NCBI GenBank assembly: GCA_964187785.1
Contig: OZ076412.1
Location: 54,746,001 to 54,810,000 of the forward strand
From: Amphiscolops sp. MND2022
Lineage: Eukaryota
DNA: 64,000 nt
Reading direction: 5' to 3'
Program-made: the position numbers and the translations under genes
The notes under the pieces: generated by a model
Seen by the model: the letters and a program-made list of their open reading frames with translations, nothing else
What the model was told of the DNA's origin: nothing
Databases searched by the model: none
In this document: positions 1-8,941 of the stretch, piece after piece
Position numbering within the stretch: position 1 is the stretch's first letter
How the letters are laid out: each line of letters begins with the position of its first letter

Positions 1-575
1 TTTCCTGCTGTTTTGCCTTCTTCACTGGTGGTGGCTCCAACGCTGCAGTTCGAGTGCTATCAGGCGTCACAATTTGAGGACTCACTGTTAGATCATCACC
101 ATCTTTCGTCTCTTCGTCTTCTGTTGTGCAGACCAGAACTTCTGGGGAGACTTGTGGTGATGGAGATGCAGGTTCATGTTCAACTCCCCAAAAATCTCAG
201 TGAATCAACCTCCCTGAAGAAACCCATTTGATTCTCCGTTAATGGAACCATTGCGCAGTCGTCTCTACACAGGATGCGTTTGATTTGTATAGGTAGCATT
301 GGTAGGTCACAACGATGAAGACTTTCTATATCCCAGTTAGACGCTGCTTCACAGTCCACAGAGTCAATCTTTCTCTTTCTTTCCAGAATCGTCTTTTCAG
401 TCGGTTGTTTGCTCAACTTGTGATAGACCATGTTTGGTAACAGAATATGTTGCTTTGTTTCCCACCGGTCATTTTCGTCAGACCTCATCTGTTCAATTAT
501 TGAGAGCGCTTTTTGAAATTGTGTTTCATAAATGATGAAGCGTTTGCTTGTAAAATGTGTAAAGACAGTAGCCAT
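1..575 (-). CDS. Maverick hypothetical protein, apparently frameshifted at the A5 run 190-194 and continuing off the left edge
   Basis: ORF 180-575 ends DSLRFLGS*. Removing one base in the run gives DSLRFWGVEHEPASPSPQVSPEV...PPPVKKAKQQE, open to base 1, with an NLS-like PPVKKAK. Confidence 0.5.
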
Positions 576-991
576 AGTTGAATCGTCGACTTGGACAAGA
601 CCAACTGTTTGAGCGGTAGCGAATTTATCGAATAACGGCTTGAGTTTTGAACGCTAGTGAATCTACAGTTTTTTTTGTTTCTCACGGTGGTCCGATTTCC
701 ACATGGTAACAATGTGTTTTGAATTATTACATCGAGTCTATTTTGATTTTTCAGATGTTTTGAATTTTAACACCAGTGTCGTGGCCTGGGCGTTTGCGGT
801 CTACTTGAAAGATCAACGTGGGTGGTAATGATCTTGATTTATCAGTCGGCGGTGCAAGCGTTTGTTGTTTACATGAAAGATTAAAGCAGGGTGGCCAAAC
901 CTTGAACCATAAAAGCCCGCCCACCTCAGACATTGACCTTGCAATATTTACCAGGTTCTTCATACTTTTGATTTTGTTTCCAACATTCAGA

Positions 992-1387
992 ATGTTCTCT
1001 GGTGATTTTACTCTTGCTAAGGACGAGGATTTTGGAGACTATTACTGTGACTTATCAGAAAAATCCAACAGAATATTGCGAGCAACGGTGAAAACATACG
1101 AGCATACAGGAACCTACGTGTTTCTAAAACTCTTCAAAAAGAAGCCAGACGCTGAATTTGCTCTGGTTCAAAAAATCACGTTGACAAAAGAAGAATTTGA
1201 AATTCTACTGTGGAAAGGAAAATCAGTTCTACAACCGTCGAATATCAAAAAAGTTACAAAAAAGTGCAAAAAAATTAAGAAACCCTCATTTGTTGATTCT
1301 GTGGCGGAGGAGGATGACGGGGACAACGTAGACGGAGAAAACAAGGAGAATATTGATCCTAGAAAGTATGGTGGAAGCAATGTTTGA
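992..1387 (+). CDS. PC4-like ssDNA-binding/coactivator-fold protein (Maverick accessory)
   Basis: RILRATVKTYEHTGTYVFLKLFKK...QKITLTKEEFEILL fits the beta-rich plus helix pattern of the PC4 domain, followed by a basic/acidic tail. ATG at 992 preferred over the near-cognate start at 818. Confidence 0.5.
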   Translation: MFSGDFTLAKDEDFGDYYCDLSEKSNRILRATVKTYEHTGTYVFLKLFKKKPDAEFALVQKITLTKEEFEILLWKGKSVLQPSNIKKVTKKCKKIKKPSFVDSVAEEDDGDNVDGENKENIDPRKYGGSNV

Positions 1388-1958
1388 GCGTTCTCCCGAT
1401 TACTTTAAGCAATTTAGAAAAAACTTTCGCTTCTTTTTATTCAAGGAAAAACCCAAAGCTGGCGTGGACTTCCCATTAGATGTTGTTATTTCCATTGGCT
1501 TACACTCACCTGTGCATGATGGGCTTTGTAACGCTTTGCCAGACAATCACTATCATGTTTTGGCCCAGTGTTTTGGTGAAAATTATAAAGGGCAACCCAA
1601 AAGTTATTTATTACCATGTTTATATTCAACCTACGCCTTACTAATTGCAAACAGTGATGAAAAGGAAATATGTGGTGAAATTTTTGAAAAATTGGATCAA
1701 GCCGTTCAATACAATTGTGACCCTCCTAATCGAAACCCAAAGAAACTCTTGCCATCAATCTGTTTTTCTGTTCAAAAATGTGACAAGGCTGTGCAAGTCA
1801 GCTCTGGGTTGAGTCAAGGAACAATACAACGCTTGGAAAATGTTATGCTTGGACCGTATGGTGGTCATTTCCTACTCATTGCTGATATTTTTCAAACTGG
1901 TCACGGATCGCTTAATTTTGTGCCTGTACTAACCTTTTCTCTGAATGAAATTGTTTGA
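1380..1958 (+). CDS. Maverick accessory protein with an HUH-like motif (DNHYHVL)
   Basis: Open 192 codons. The ATG overlaps the end of the upstream ORF (aATGTTTGA), as in coupled viral genes. Function uncertain. Confidence 0.55.
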   Translation: MFERSPDYFKQFRKNFRFFLFKEKPKAGVDFPLDVVISIGLHSPVHDGLCNALPDNHYHVLAQCFGENYKGQPKSYLLPCLYSTYALLIANSDEKEICGEIFEKLDQAVQYNCDPPNRNPKKLLPSICFSVQKCDKAVQVSSGLSQGTIQRLENVMLGPYGGHFLLIADIFQTGHGSLNFVPVLTFSLNEIV

Positions 1959-1988
1959 GAAGAAAAATGTTTGAAATTAAACATTAAA

Positions 1989-2429
1989 TTACATGAGAGT
2001 TTTTACAAAGCGAAGCAAATCAGTTTCAGAAATGTAAGAAATCAATGGATAATACGAACTTAACAAAAAATGAGCAATATAAATACAATACAAACCACAC
2101 AAGTTTGAATTTTGATTTTGTAACGGCGTCTTTGTGGCATCTTTTAATGTCTGCTGAACTTGGATTGGTATCGCGGAGATTCTTTTAGCAATATTAGGAT
2201 AATGTAAAAATAGGTCTAGTCCAAGGGGATCTGCAAAGTTGAAAGTACCTTTCACGTTGCTCCAAACAATCCAATGTTTCCCAGCGCTGTTTGAGTTTTC
2301 TGAATTGACAATTACAAAAGTGTTGTTGGGTAATAGGATAGGAAACTTGTCTGCGGGATAAATTTCTCCAAACTTGTATTTCAATCTTGGGCTGTTTTTT
2401 ATTAGGTGGGCAATGTAATCTTCATCCAT
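1989..2429 (-). CDS. Adenain-like cysteine (maturation) protease
   Basis: Motifs IVN...GKHW, FADPLG and QNQNSNLCGLYC; the His/Asp/Cys triad is intact. Confidence 0.93.
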   Translation of the reverse strand: MDEDYIAHLIKNSPRLKYKFGEIYPADKFPILLPNNTFVIVNSENSNSAGKHWIVWSNVKGTFNFADPLGLDLFLHYPNIAKRISAIPIQVQQTLKDATKTPLQNQNSNLCGLYCIYIAHFLLSSYYPLISYISETDLLRFVKTLM

Positions 2430-2432
2430 TTT

Positions 2433-3740
2433 TCAAGTGGTAGGGTTTAACATGACGTTTTTGGAGACTTTTCTATGAGAGTCAATGTAAATTGTTGATG
2501 CTTTTTCGCCCAACAGAAACACCTCAGTGTTCACTGCCAGCGCTGCTGAAAACTTCAACTCGAGCGAAATGGCTGCGTTAGTGAGCTCAGGATAAAGAAA
2601 ATCATGAGATGCTTGTTGGGTGCTAGTCAGGTCAAACACCATTACAAAATGATTAGCATAGTCGGCGAAAGGAATTCCATGTCCATGATGACCAAAGGCG
2701 AGAGCATCCATTGTTGACATGTAAACTCGTTTTAGATCATCTGTTGCCAAAGGAGTTCCTGCAACAGGGTATCCATTCCGGTAAACAGTAACTTCGTTTA
2801 GGTTATGTTTTTGGTAATGAAATGGATTTGTGTCTTTTGAACCAAGAAAAGACGCATTACTGACGAGCGCCAAAGCGAATCGTCGAATTGGTTCTCGACT
2901 GAAAACGTCTTCCTTACTCCAACTGCGACTACCTGTCGGAATGAGAAAAGTTTTGGGTAGAACCTCTGTGTACCGATACAGAGCTGGAGTTTTTGTCAGA
3001 GTTTTCTCTATGGCTATAAAAACCTGCTCAGAAACTGTCATTTTCCGGACGTAAAGATTGGCTTGGGTAATGGTAATTTTGTAATTTTTTGCAACGTCAT
3101 CATGAATCAAAACAAACTCTGGTTTCGAACGGACAAAAGAAATTCGCAAAGTCACTCCACTCAGTAAATGTTTATCACAAGAAAATACATCAGCTGCAAC
3201 TTTTCCAAAAAATGTTAATTCTCCAGACTGTCTCGACTCCAATTCTCTGTTTGTAAATGGAGTTGTTGTACTGTTCCCAGGATGCTGCTCATATGTATAT
3301 CCTTGGCAACGTAACCATGTTTCTTTGGCTTCCTTGCCATTCGAATATTCGGTTTCAATAAAGGCCTTGTGTGCGTAAACACCGTTTGCATTGGAAATTT
3401 TTATTCCATTAGCAGTAACAGTGCATTCGGAGAATAGAGAGTGTAATGTATTATTCACAAAAATAGGAGTGTCTGTTTGTGTTGCATCCGTTGCATCATA
3501 TCGTAAGTCATTTCCATCGCTTTGTTTAATTTTGCATTTTATCTCGAGAAAAATTTTTTGTAGGTCCAAAAAATTATTTCGGTCTCCTACAACTTCAAAT
3601 TCCAATGTTGGTCCATTGGGGGAGTAAATCGGGCCAATCTTTTGTTCAAAGGAAGAGTCAAATGTAATCAAAACAGGTGATCGCTCAAAAATGTCGAGGG
3701 AACTATGTGAAGCTTCGAGTGGTAAAATATTAGGCAACAT
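2433..3740 (-). CDS. Major capsid protein (double jelly-roll, hexon-like)
   Basis: GPTLEFEV...FLDL...FVNNTLHSLF and the C-terminal VFDLT...LELKF match the Maverick/adintovirus MCP. Likely start MLPNILP at 3740, overlapping the end of the upstream ORF. Confidence 0.92.
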   Translation of the reverse strand: MLPNILPLEASHSSLDIFERSPVLITFDSSFEQKIGPIYSPNGPTLEFEVVGDRNNFLDLQKIFLEIKCKIKQSDGNDLRYDATDATQTDTPIFVNNTLHSLFSECTVTANGIKISNANGVYAHKAFIETEYSNGKEAKETWLRCQGYTYEQHPGNSTTTPFTNRELESRQSGELTFFGKVAADVFSCDKHLLSGVTLRISFVRSKPEFVLIHDDVAKNYKITITQANLYVRKMTVSEQVFIAIEKTLTKTPALYRYTEVLPKTFLIPTGSRSWSKEDVFSREPIRRFALALVSNASFLGSKDTNPFHYQKHNLNEVTVYRNGYPVAGTPLATDDLKRVYMSTMDALAFGHHGHGIPFADYANHFVMVFDLTSTQQASHDFLYPELTNAAISLELKFSAALAVNTEVFLLGEKASTIYIDSHRKVSKNVMLNPTT

Positions 3741-4104
3741 TTTTGACTTTTGAAAAGAAATCGGACCGACTTCTCTGTTTGCGTTTTGATTTCGTAATGG
3801 TTTTTCGTTTCTTTGAAGAACGTTTGCTTTTTCCACCAATCTGCTTCTTTATCGTCTTTTTCATAGCTGTTTTAGCAGCCTCACGTGGCGATTTTCGCTT
3901 TGCAATAACATCAAAGACCTCAGGGACACTTTGAACGAGCAATTCTTTGCCAATTTTTTTTGCAGCAGGTAAAATAAAATTTTTTGCAAAGGGTAAAGCC
4001 ACTCGGCCAATACCGGCTGCCAGTGCACCAATTCCACTACCTCGTTGTCTGTTGTAACTGGCGAAATGGGGTAAATACACTTGCTTTGAGTAATAGTCTT
4101 CCAT
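3730..4104 (-). CDS. pVII-like basic core/DNA-packaging protein
   Basis: MEDYYSKQ...RQRGSGIGALAAGIGR (protease-cleavage-like G-x-G-x-G) with a Lys/Arg-rich tail, lying between mCP and MCP. TAATG overlap with the mCP stop. Confidence 0.8.
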   Translation of the reverse strand: MEDYYSKQVYLPHFASYNRQRGSGIGALAAGIGRVALPFAKNFILPAAKKIGKELLVQSVPEVFDVIAKRKSPREAAKTAMKKTIKKQIGGKSKRSSKKRKTITKSKRKQRSRSDFFSKVKNVA

Positions 4105-4970
4105 TAGGCGAATTTTTTAAATTTTAGGGTCAAAACAACTTGACCTTTACCACAAAAGGGTACCAGGATCCCAGTCTCTGTTCTGAGTTGAATGCTTATT
4201 GTTTGAATATTTTGAACCAACAGTTTCTTGTATTGTAAATCAAAAAATGATCTTGTTTCCAAATTCTGGGTTGTCACGACCTTGCCACTTTCAACACGTT
4301 TCCCACTATCAATGATTCTCAAAACGGGTGCTTTTACGTCGCCCGTGTTTTGATATTCAATCAAATCAGTGTAAACAAGAATTAGACTAATGCCAGAAAT
4401 CAAATCCACCGGAAAGTCATTCACAACCCATCTACTGTTCAGGATGTCTTCGTTTCCTATATGAATACCAAAAGCAGTCTCTTTTCCCTTGAATCCAAGT
4501 AGGTTGGGAATGTTTCTGTTAGGAAAAGTGTAGCCAGCATATGCATCAAATTTAATTTCTAGGCCATTTTCGGTGGATCTATGTTTACCGTCTTCCGTGA
4601 GTAAATTTACTTTTGAACGCATTTCAAAAAGTAGGTTGTTGATATGACTGTACATCGAAGGTCTTATCTTTAGTTTTTGATAATATGGAACAACTGGTTC
4701 AGAGTCAATTTCAATTTCCTCTGCTTTTTCTTCATCAATTTCGTCAATGTTTTCTTCATCTTCCTTCTTTTTGGTAGTGTGAACGTAATAAAAAAAGTCT
4801 GTGTAAACGTTATTAATTTCCGAGGGAAAAATAATTTCTGATAGAGCCACACGCCAGTCGCCTTCCAGGGAAATATTTTGTGGGAGTTGATTTTTGAATG
4901 CTGCCAATGTATTGCCACCAAAAATTTCTAATGACGCTGTGGATAATAAATGAACTTCAAATTCGTCCAT
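4104..4970 (-). CDS. Minor capsid protein (penton-like)
   Basis: FEVHLLSTAS...NTLAAFKNQLP...LEGDWRVALSEI N-terminus and YTDLIE...LRII...ISIQLRTETG...F C-terminus are typical of the Maverick mCP. Confidence 0.88.
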   Translation of the reverse strand: MDEFEVHLLSTASLEIFGGNTLAAFKNQLPQNISLEGDWRVALSEIIFPSEINNVYTDFFYYVHTTKKKEDEENIDEIDEEKAEEIEIDSEPVVPYYQKLKIRPSMYSHINNLLFEMRSKVNLLTEDGKHRSTENGLEIKFDAYAGYTFPNRNIPNLLGFKGKETAFGIHIGNEDILNSRWVVNDFPVDLISGISLILVYTDLIEYQNTGDVKAPVLRIIDSGKRVESGKVVTTQNLETRSFFDLQYKKLLVQNIQTISIQLRTETGILVPFCGKGQVVLTLKFKKFA

Positions 4971-5955
4971 TTTTCTTTTTCACCAAAATCAATTCAGGCT
5001 GATAAAACTTGCCCAAGAGTTTTTCCTTCTCAGAGTCCAGTAAGTTGTAAGTTGGGGGATTGAGAGTTGCGATTTTTTCAATTTGAAAAATTTCGTCGGT
5101 AAAATTCTGTTTGTAACCTTTTTTGAAGGGTAAGTTTTCTTTTGACACTCTCACAAAGTCACCGACTCTGAATTTCGGCACTCGTAGCTGTTTAGTGGAC
5201 TTGTAAGAAACCAGAGAAATCAAATGAGGTACATCTTTATCTGAAACCTTCTTTGGAGCCAATCCTGTCACTCGGTTTACTCGTGAATTTATGATGTCAA
5301 CAAAGTCATGGAGTTTTTTGATGTATTGATAAGACCATCTCTTTTCCAAATGTTTATATATAATGTTTTTTAGAGAACGAATATTACGTTCTGCAAAAGC
5401 AGATTTTGTCTCACTATGAGTGCTGTAAATGTCAATGTTTTTGGAATCGCAGAACTGCTTAAATTCCCCTTTAAACTCTGATCCCTTGTCTGACCAGATT
5501 TTTTCGGGAATGGACTTTGTTATCATTCTTTTGAATGCTCTTGTTGAATCTGCTGCACTTTTTGTTTTCATTGGTTCAACCCGTAGGAATCTCGATAGTA
5601 CATCAACTGCAACTAGCAAGTATTTCACACCGTTGTTGTATTTTGCTAATTTGTCCATATAAGCAACATCTATCGACCAAATCTCATTGATTCTGTAAGC
5701 TTGAACCTTCAATCGTGGAAATTTTTTTCTGGGAGCGTGATATTTTGTATGAGCGTCTGTTTGAGCCAAAAATGTTTCCACTTTCCTTTTTGGAAGCTTA
5801 CTAGCTTTTTTCAAGTTTTCAACGCTACCATAAGCAGCTGGACCTTGTGTGTAAAGTTTCTCGAGGGTTTTTCTTTCAGATTCCGAGAGATGTCCATATT
5901 TTCGATCCAGACGCTTTGCTTTTAGCAATTTCTTCAGATTCTTCGTTGCTGGCAT
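4957..5955 (-). CDS. Retroviral-like DDE integrase (c-INT)
   Basis: WSIDVAY, LLVAVDVLSRF, WSDKGSEF and AERNIRSLK give an intact D-D-E, followed by a KFRVGDFVR SH3-like tail. No chromodomain is seen. Confidence 0.96.
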   Translation of the reverse strand: MPATKNLKKLLKAKRLDRKYGHLSESERKTLEKLYTQGPAAYGSVENLKKASKLPKRKVETFLAQTDAHTKYHAPRKKFPRLKVQAYRINEIWSIDVAYMDKLAKYNNGVKYLLVAVDVLSRFLRVEPMKTKSAADSTRAFKRMITKSIPEKIWSDKGSEFKGEFKQFCDSKNIDIYSTHSETKSAFAERNIRSLKNIIYKHLEKRWSYQYIKKLHDFVDIINSRVNRVTGLAPKKVSDKDVPHLISLVSYKSTKQLRVPKFRVGDFVRVSKENLPFKKGYKQNFTDEIFQIEKIATLNPPTYNLLDSEKEKLLGKFYQPELILVKKKNGRI

Positions 5956-6460
5956 CTGATTCGTCTCGAGTGGGTTCTGCTCTCTTTCTTGTTGTACTAG
6001 GGTTCAAAATGTTTTTGACGTTCCGGTTAGGCACTAAATTAGGATTTACCATCAATTCTTTAAGAATGATAGAGTATGAAGGATCAGTTAGGTTTTTGTT
6101 GGGTTGCTGCAGATTATAAAGAAATGTTGAGAGCGAAATTTTTGTGGAAATTTTGTTTACTGTAATATCGCCTGTTTCATCAAAATCAATTGTTTCGGAA
6201 GATTCAATTTTGTTCAAAATTTCTCTCGTTCTTTGTTTTTGTGCCGCTGTGAGCATATCCAAAGACTTTAAAATATTTTCTTTACTGGTTTTTTCTTTCT
6301 TTTCTACTGTTGAGGGGTCCGGAAAAGTATTGTTTCTTTGCAGTAGAGTGAGAGACTTTGCCTTTTGTTCAACTTCTGGGTCTCTCAAAACTTGCAGTGT
6401 GGAGTGTTTCTGTTGAGTATAAAAACTTTTTGGGATAAGTACAAATTCTTGGGTGTTCAT
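5876..6460 (-). CDS. Conserved Maverick hypothetical protein between ATPase and integrase
   Basis: QKQRTREILNKIESSETIDFDETGDITVN...STFLYNL pattern recalled from Maverick proteins. Its end overlaps the integrase start. Confidence 0.7.
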   Translation of the reverse strand: MNTQEFVLIPKSFYTQQKHSTLQVLRDPEVEQKAKSLTLLQRNNTFPDPSTVEKKEKTSKENILKSLDMLTAAQKQRTREILNKIESSETIDFDETGDITVNKISTKISLSTFLYNLQQPNKNLTDPSYSIILKELMVNPNLVPNRNVKNILNPSTTRKRAEPTRDESDASNEESEEIAKSKASGSKIWTSLGI

Positions 6461-6483
6461 AACGGAATTCAATCTGTCAGGTA

Positions 6484-6771
6484 TTAGAAACAAGGCCGAA
6501 TAATAAAGTTTAACAATTTGAGACCTTTTGGTGACATTAAAATTTTTCTGCGTTCCTTATTGGAGGTAGACCTTTTACAAAGTAATCTGAGTTGAATTTC
6601 GTACTGTTTTAATTCGTCCACGTTGATACCAACCGTTCCATTCACAACATTGATTGCACACTCGCAACAAAATTTCAAAAATTCCTTGTCACAATGTCGT
6701 AGAAGTTTTTGTTGCTGTACTGAAGTGAGTTTTTCCAAGAGACTGAGTGTATGCAAATTTTTCTCGCTCAT
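6484..6771 (-). CDS. Small conserved Maverick/adintovirus protein
   Basis: LLRHCDKEFLKFCCECAINVVNGTV...YEIQLRLL...RRKIL matches the small protein usually found just downstream of the ATPase. Confidence 0.7.
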   Translation of the reverse strand: MSEKNLHTLSLLEKLTSVQQQKLLRHCDKEFLKFCCECAINVVNGTVGINVDELKQYEIQLRLLCKRSTSNKERRKILMSPKGLKLLNFIIRPCF

Positions 6772-7412
6772 TGTTAATTTCTGTAATTTTTGCTTGTGAC
6801 GAAGGCAAATAAAATATTGTTGGTCCTGGTCCTACAATGTTTGAACAAAAGCGTAGACATTCACTTGTCTTTGGATCCAAATCAATGAGTAAATGACCAT
6901 GTGGTTCTGCAACAGCGTCTGTGTAGCACTCTTTTAGAAATACAGCTTTGTTTAATTGTCTTCCAAGATATTCAATTTGCTGTGTGTCACGAGGAGAATT
7001 AAAAAATAATGTGGGTTGTGTTGAGGTCAATTGTACGTGACCACTTACTTTGATGATACAAATTATGTTTGACAAAAATACAGTTAATTCCTCTGTGTCG
7101 GCCAGAGACTGCAATTTTTGCAAAGTTTTTATCTTGGTAAATTTCTTCGCAAGAGTCGTCAAATATCAGCAAACACTCCTGAAGCGTCTTTATCAAATCA
7201 AAATCTAGACAACTGATAAACTCGATGTTCATCCGTTTTTCCACTTCTTTGAAAATTTGTTGGAACTCGCGATAAAAGTAGTAAATTTTTTGAAAGCGTG
7301 GATAAAAGGTCTTGGATGTGAGCATAGAAAAAATCAGTCGGGTTTTTCCAGATCCAGATGGTCCAACAACTGACATGAAAACTCTTTCTGTAGTAAAAAT
7401 GATTTTGTTCAT
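6689..7412 (-). CDS. FtsK/HerA (A32-like) packaging ATPase, split by a frameshift at 7001-7006
   Basis: Walker A GPSGSGKT, Walker B LLIFDD and GRHRGI lie in one frame; NSPRDTQQIEYLGRQL...PHGHLLIDL lies in the next frame. Confidence 0.92.
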
Positions 7413-7687
7413 AATTTTGGGCTAGGTAAAAGATATCCAACTGATCCAGCCAAAAGTGATGTCCAAAATGGCATGTCTTCACATGATACTTCAAAAAAGA
7501 TTAGTTTCACCAGACAAATTGTTATCACAAAGAAAGCTGAGAATACATGAACAAAAAATATAACTTGCGATCGTGGTATGTTTGTAGCAAAACAAAATTT
7601 CCAGGCTGGTCTCTCGTTATTCTCTTTATCGAACACAATTTCCTGACATGATAATACATCTGGTAAATCAACTGTTTCTGAACCCAT
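7409..7687 (-). CDS. Small two-helix membrane protein
   Basis: Two hydrophobic segments (QVIFFVHVFSAFFVITICLVKLIFF; FWTSLLAGSVGYLLP) ending GYLLPSPK. The stop overlaps the ATPase ATG. Confidence 0.65.
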   Translation of the reverse strand: MGSETVDLPDVLSCQEIVFDKENNERPAWKFCFATNIPRSQVIFFVHVFSAFFVITICLVKLIFFEVSCEDMPFWTSLLAGSVGYLLPSPKL

Positions 7688-8022
7688 TTTTCAAAAAGTG
7701 TACTACGAAATTATTAAATTCAATTCCAATTAATTGTACATTATTACACACACGTTGTATATCAGAAATGGTTCAAAATTGTTAAATAAAATGTTAGTAC
7801 AAAAGATACAAAAAAATTGTACTGCGGAACATCATTCATTGTTTCCTTAGTACGTGCCGGACCTTGTGTGTCGTTTACACAAGTTTTTTGTTGGCTGTCA
7901 ATGTTGAGGTAGGTTAAGGTGCAGAGACAAGATTTTTCTTGCCATTGAGGCACCGAAGGACTACACTACAGAGAGAGTTAGTTTCAAAACAAAAAAAGCA
8001 TTATATCAAATCACACAAAAAG

Positions 8023-8367
8023 TCAGTTCAAACTTTTGCTCCTTGGTAAGACGAATATTCTTTGGGTTTCCAGCATTATAAATGAATTCCATTCTTTGTC
8101 TTTTGTTTCCAAATCGATTTTGAATTTTGAGCCAGTTTTCCCGGATCCGTAATAGAACCAAATTCTGAGGACACTTTTGGATTTGACTACGTCCCTCACT
8201 TCTTGTGGTAGATTCGGGCAATTTTTGTCAATTTCGACAGGAGGAGGTGGCCTGGAAATGTGCATGTTTAAAGGAGGTAGTTTCTTTTTCATCCTGGACA
8301 GTTTTGAGTCTCGTGCACTAGAAGCTACTGACATATTCTTTCCAAAAGTCCTGCTTGCTTCCACCAC
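8023..8367 (-). CDS. Maverick hypothetical protein, possibly a second PC4-like domain
   Basis: Same orientation as its neighbours. LRIWFYYGSGKTGSKFKIDLETKDKEWNSF loosely resembles the PC4 C-terminal motif. Start uncertain. Confidence 0.4.
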   Translation of the reverse strand: MVEASRTFGKNMSVASSARDSKLSRMKKKLPPLNMHISRPPPPVEIDKNCPNLPQEVRDVVKSKSVLRIWFYYGSGKTGSKFKIDLETKDKEWNSFIMLETQRIFVLPRSKSLN

Positions 8368-8371
8368 ACCA

Positions 8372-8941
8372 CTATTGTTTGGAACAGCCTACACACAGAC
8401 GCTCAAGTTTGGAGTCAACTTTTGATTGGTTTGCATTGCGCCTACTCTCTAACCACTGATAAGCAACAGCAGTTTTCAATTTACTGCAATGCCAGAAATG
8501 TTGTTGTTGACTATTCCATGGGAGAAAGTTTGCGTGGTTCCCACAAGAAACCACAGCATTAACACATAAATGTTTAATTGGGGGACAACCAAGCCTTTGC
8601 AAAATGTAAACTTTTTTAAAATAGTTGGAGATAAATGCTCTCTTCACATGTCCGTCGACAAAAACAATTGCGTTGGGAAAACGAAGTCGTAAACTGGCCA
8701 AATAATTATGGATAGAAGTGTAAGGGTAAACGCCACTGTCCCAGTCAATACCGTGTATTCTTTTTGTTAAGAATATTATCGAGTCGCGGTTAATAGTTGA
8801 AATTGTAGAAAAGGCTTGAGGAGGTTTGAAAAGTAGGGTTTCTTGATAATTTTTACTGTGAACGCTCAGCTCTTTAACGATAAGACCGTTGTAGTCAAAC
8901 CCTTCAAAGTCAATAACAAGAATTTCGTTCTCATTCAACAT
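8372..8941 (-). CDS. DEDD/DnaQ-like 3'-5' exonuclease-fold protein with a Cys/His-rich C-terminus
   Basis: LVIDFEGF (ExoI D-x-E), KEL, FKPP, HGIDWDSG, GCP and C..H...C pattern recalled from Maverick accessory proteins. Confidence 0.6.
   Translation of the reverse strand: MLNENEILVIDFEGFDYNGLIVKELSVHSKNYQETLLFKPPQAFSTISTINRDSIIFLTKRIHGIDWDSGVYPYTSIHNYLASLRLRFPNAIVFVDGHVKRAFISNYFKKVYILQRLGCPPIKHLCVNAVVSCGNHANFLPWNSQQQHFWHCSKLKTAVAYQWLESRRNANQSKVDSKLERLCVGCSKQ

Noticed and set aside
3741-3839. 33-aa N-terminal extension of the MCP in the ORF track
   Set aside because: It uses a non-ATG start inside the pVII-like gene; the overlapping ATG at 3740 fits the viral gene-coupling pattern.
2830-6416. 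Plus-strand ORFs antisense to the capsid and integrase genes
   Set aside because: They are shadows of long minus-strand genes with no independent motifs.
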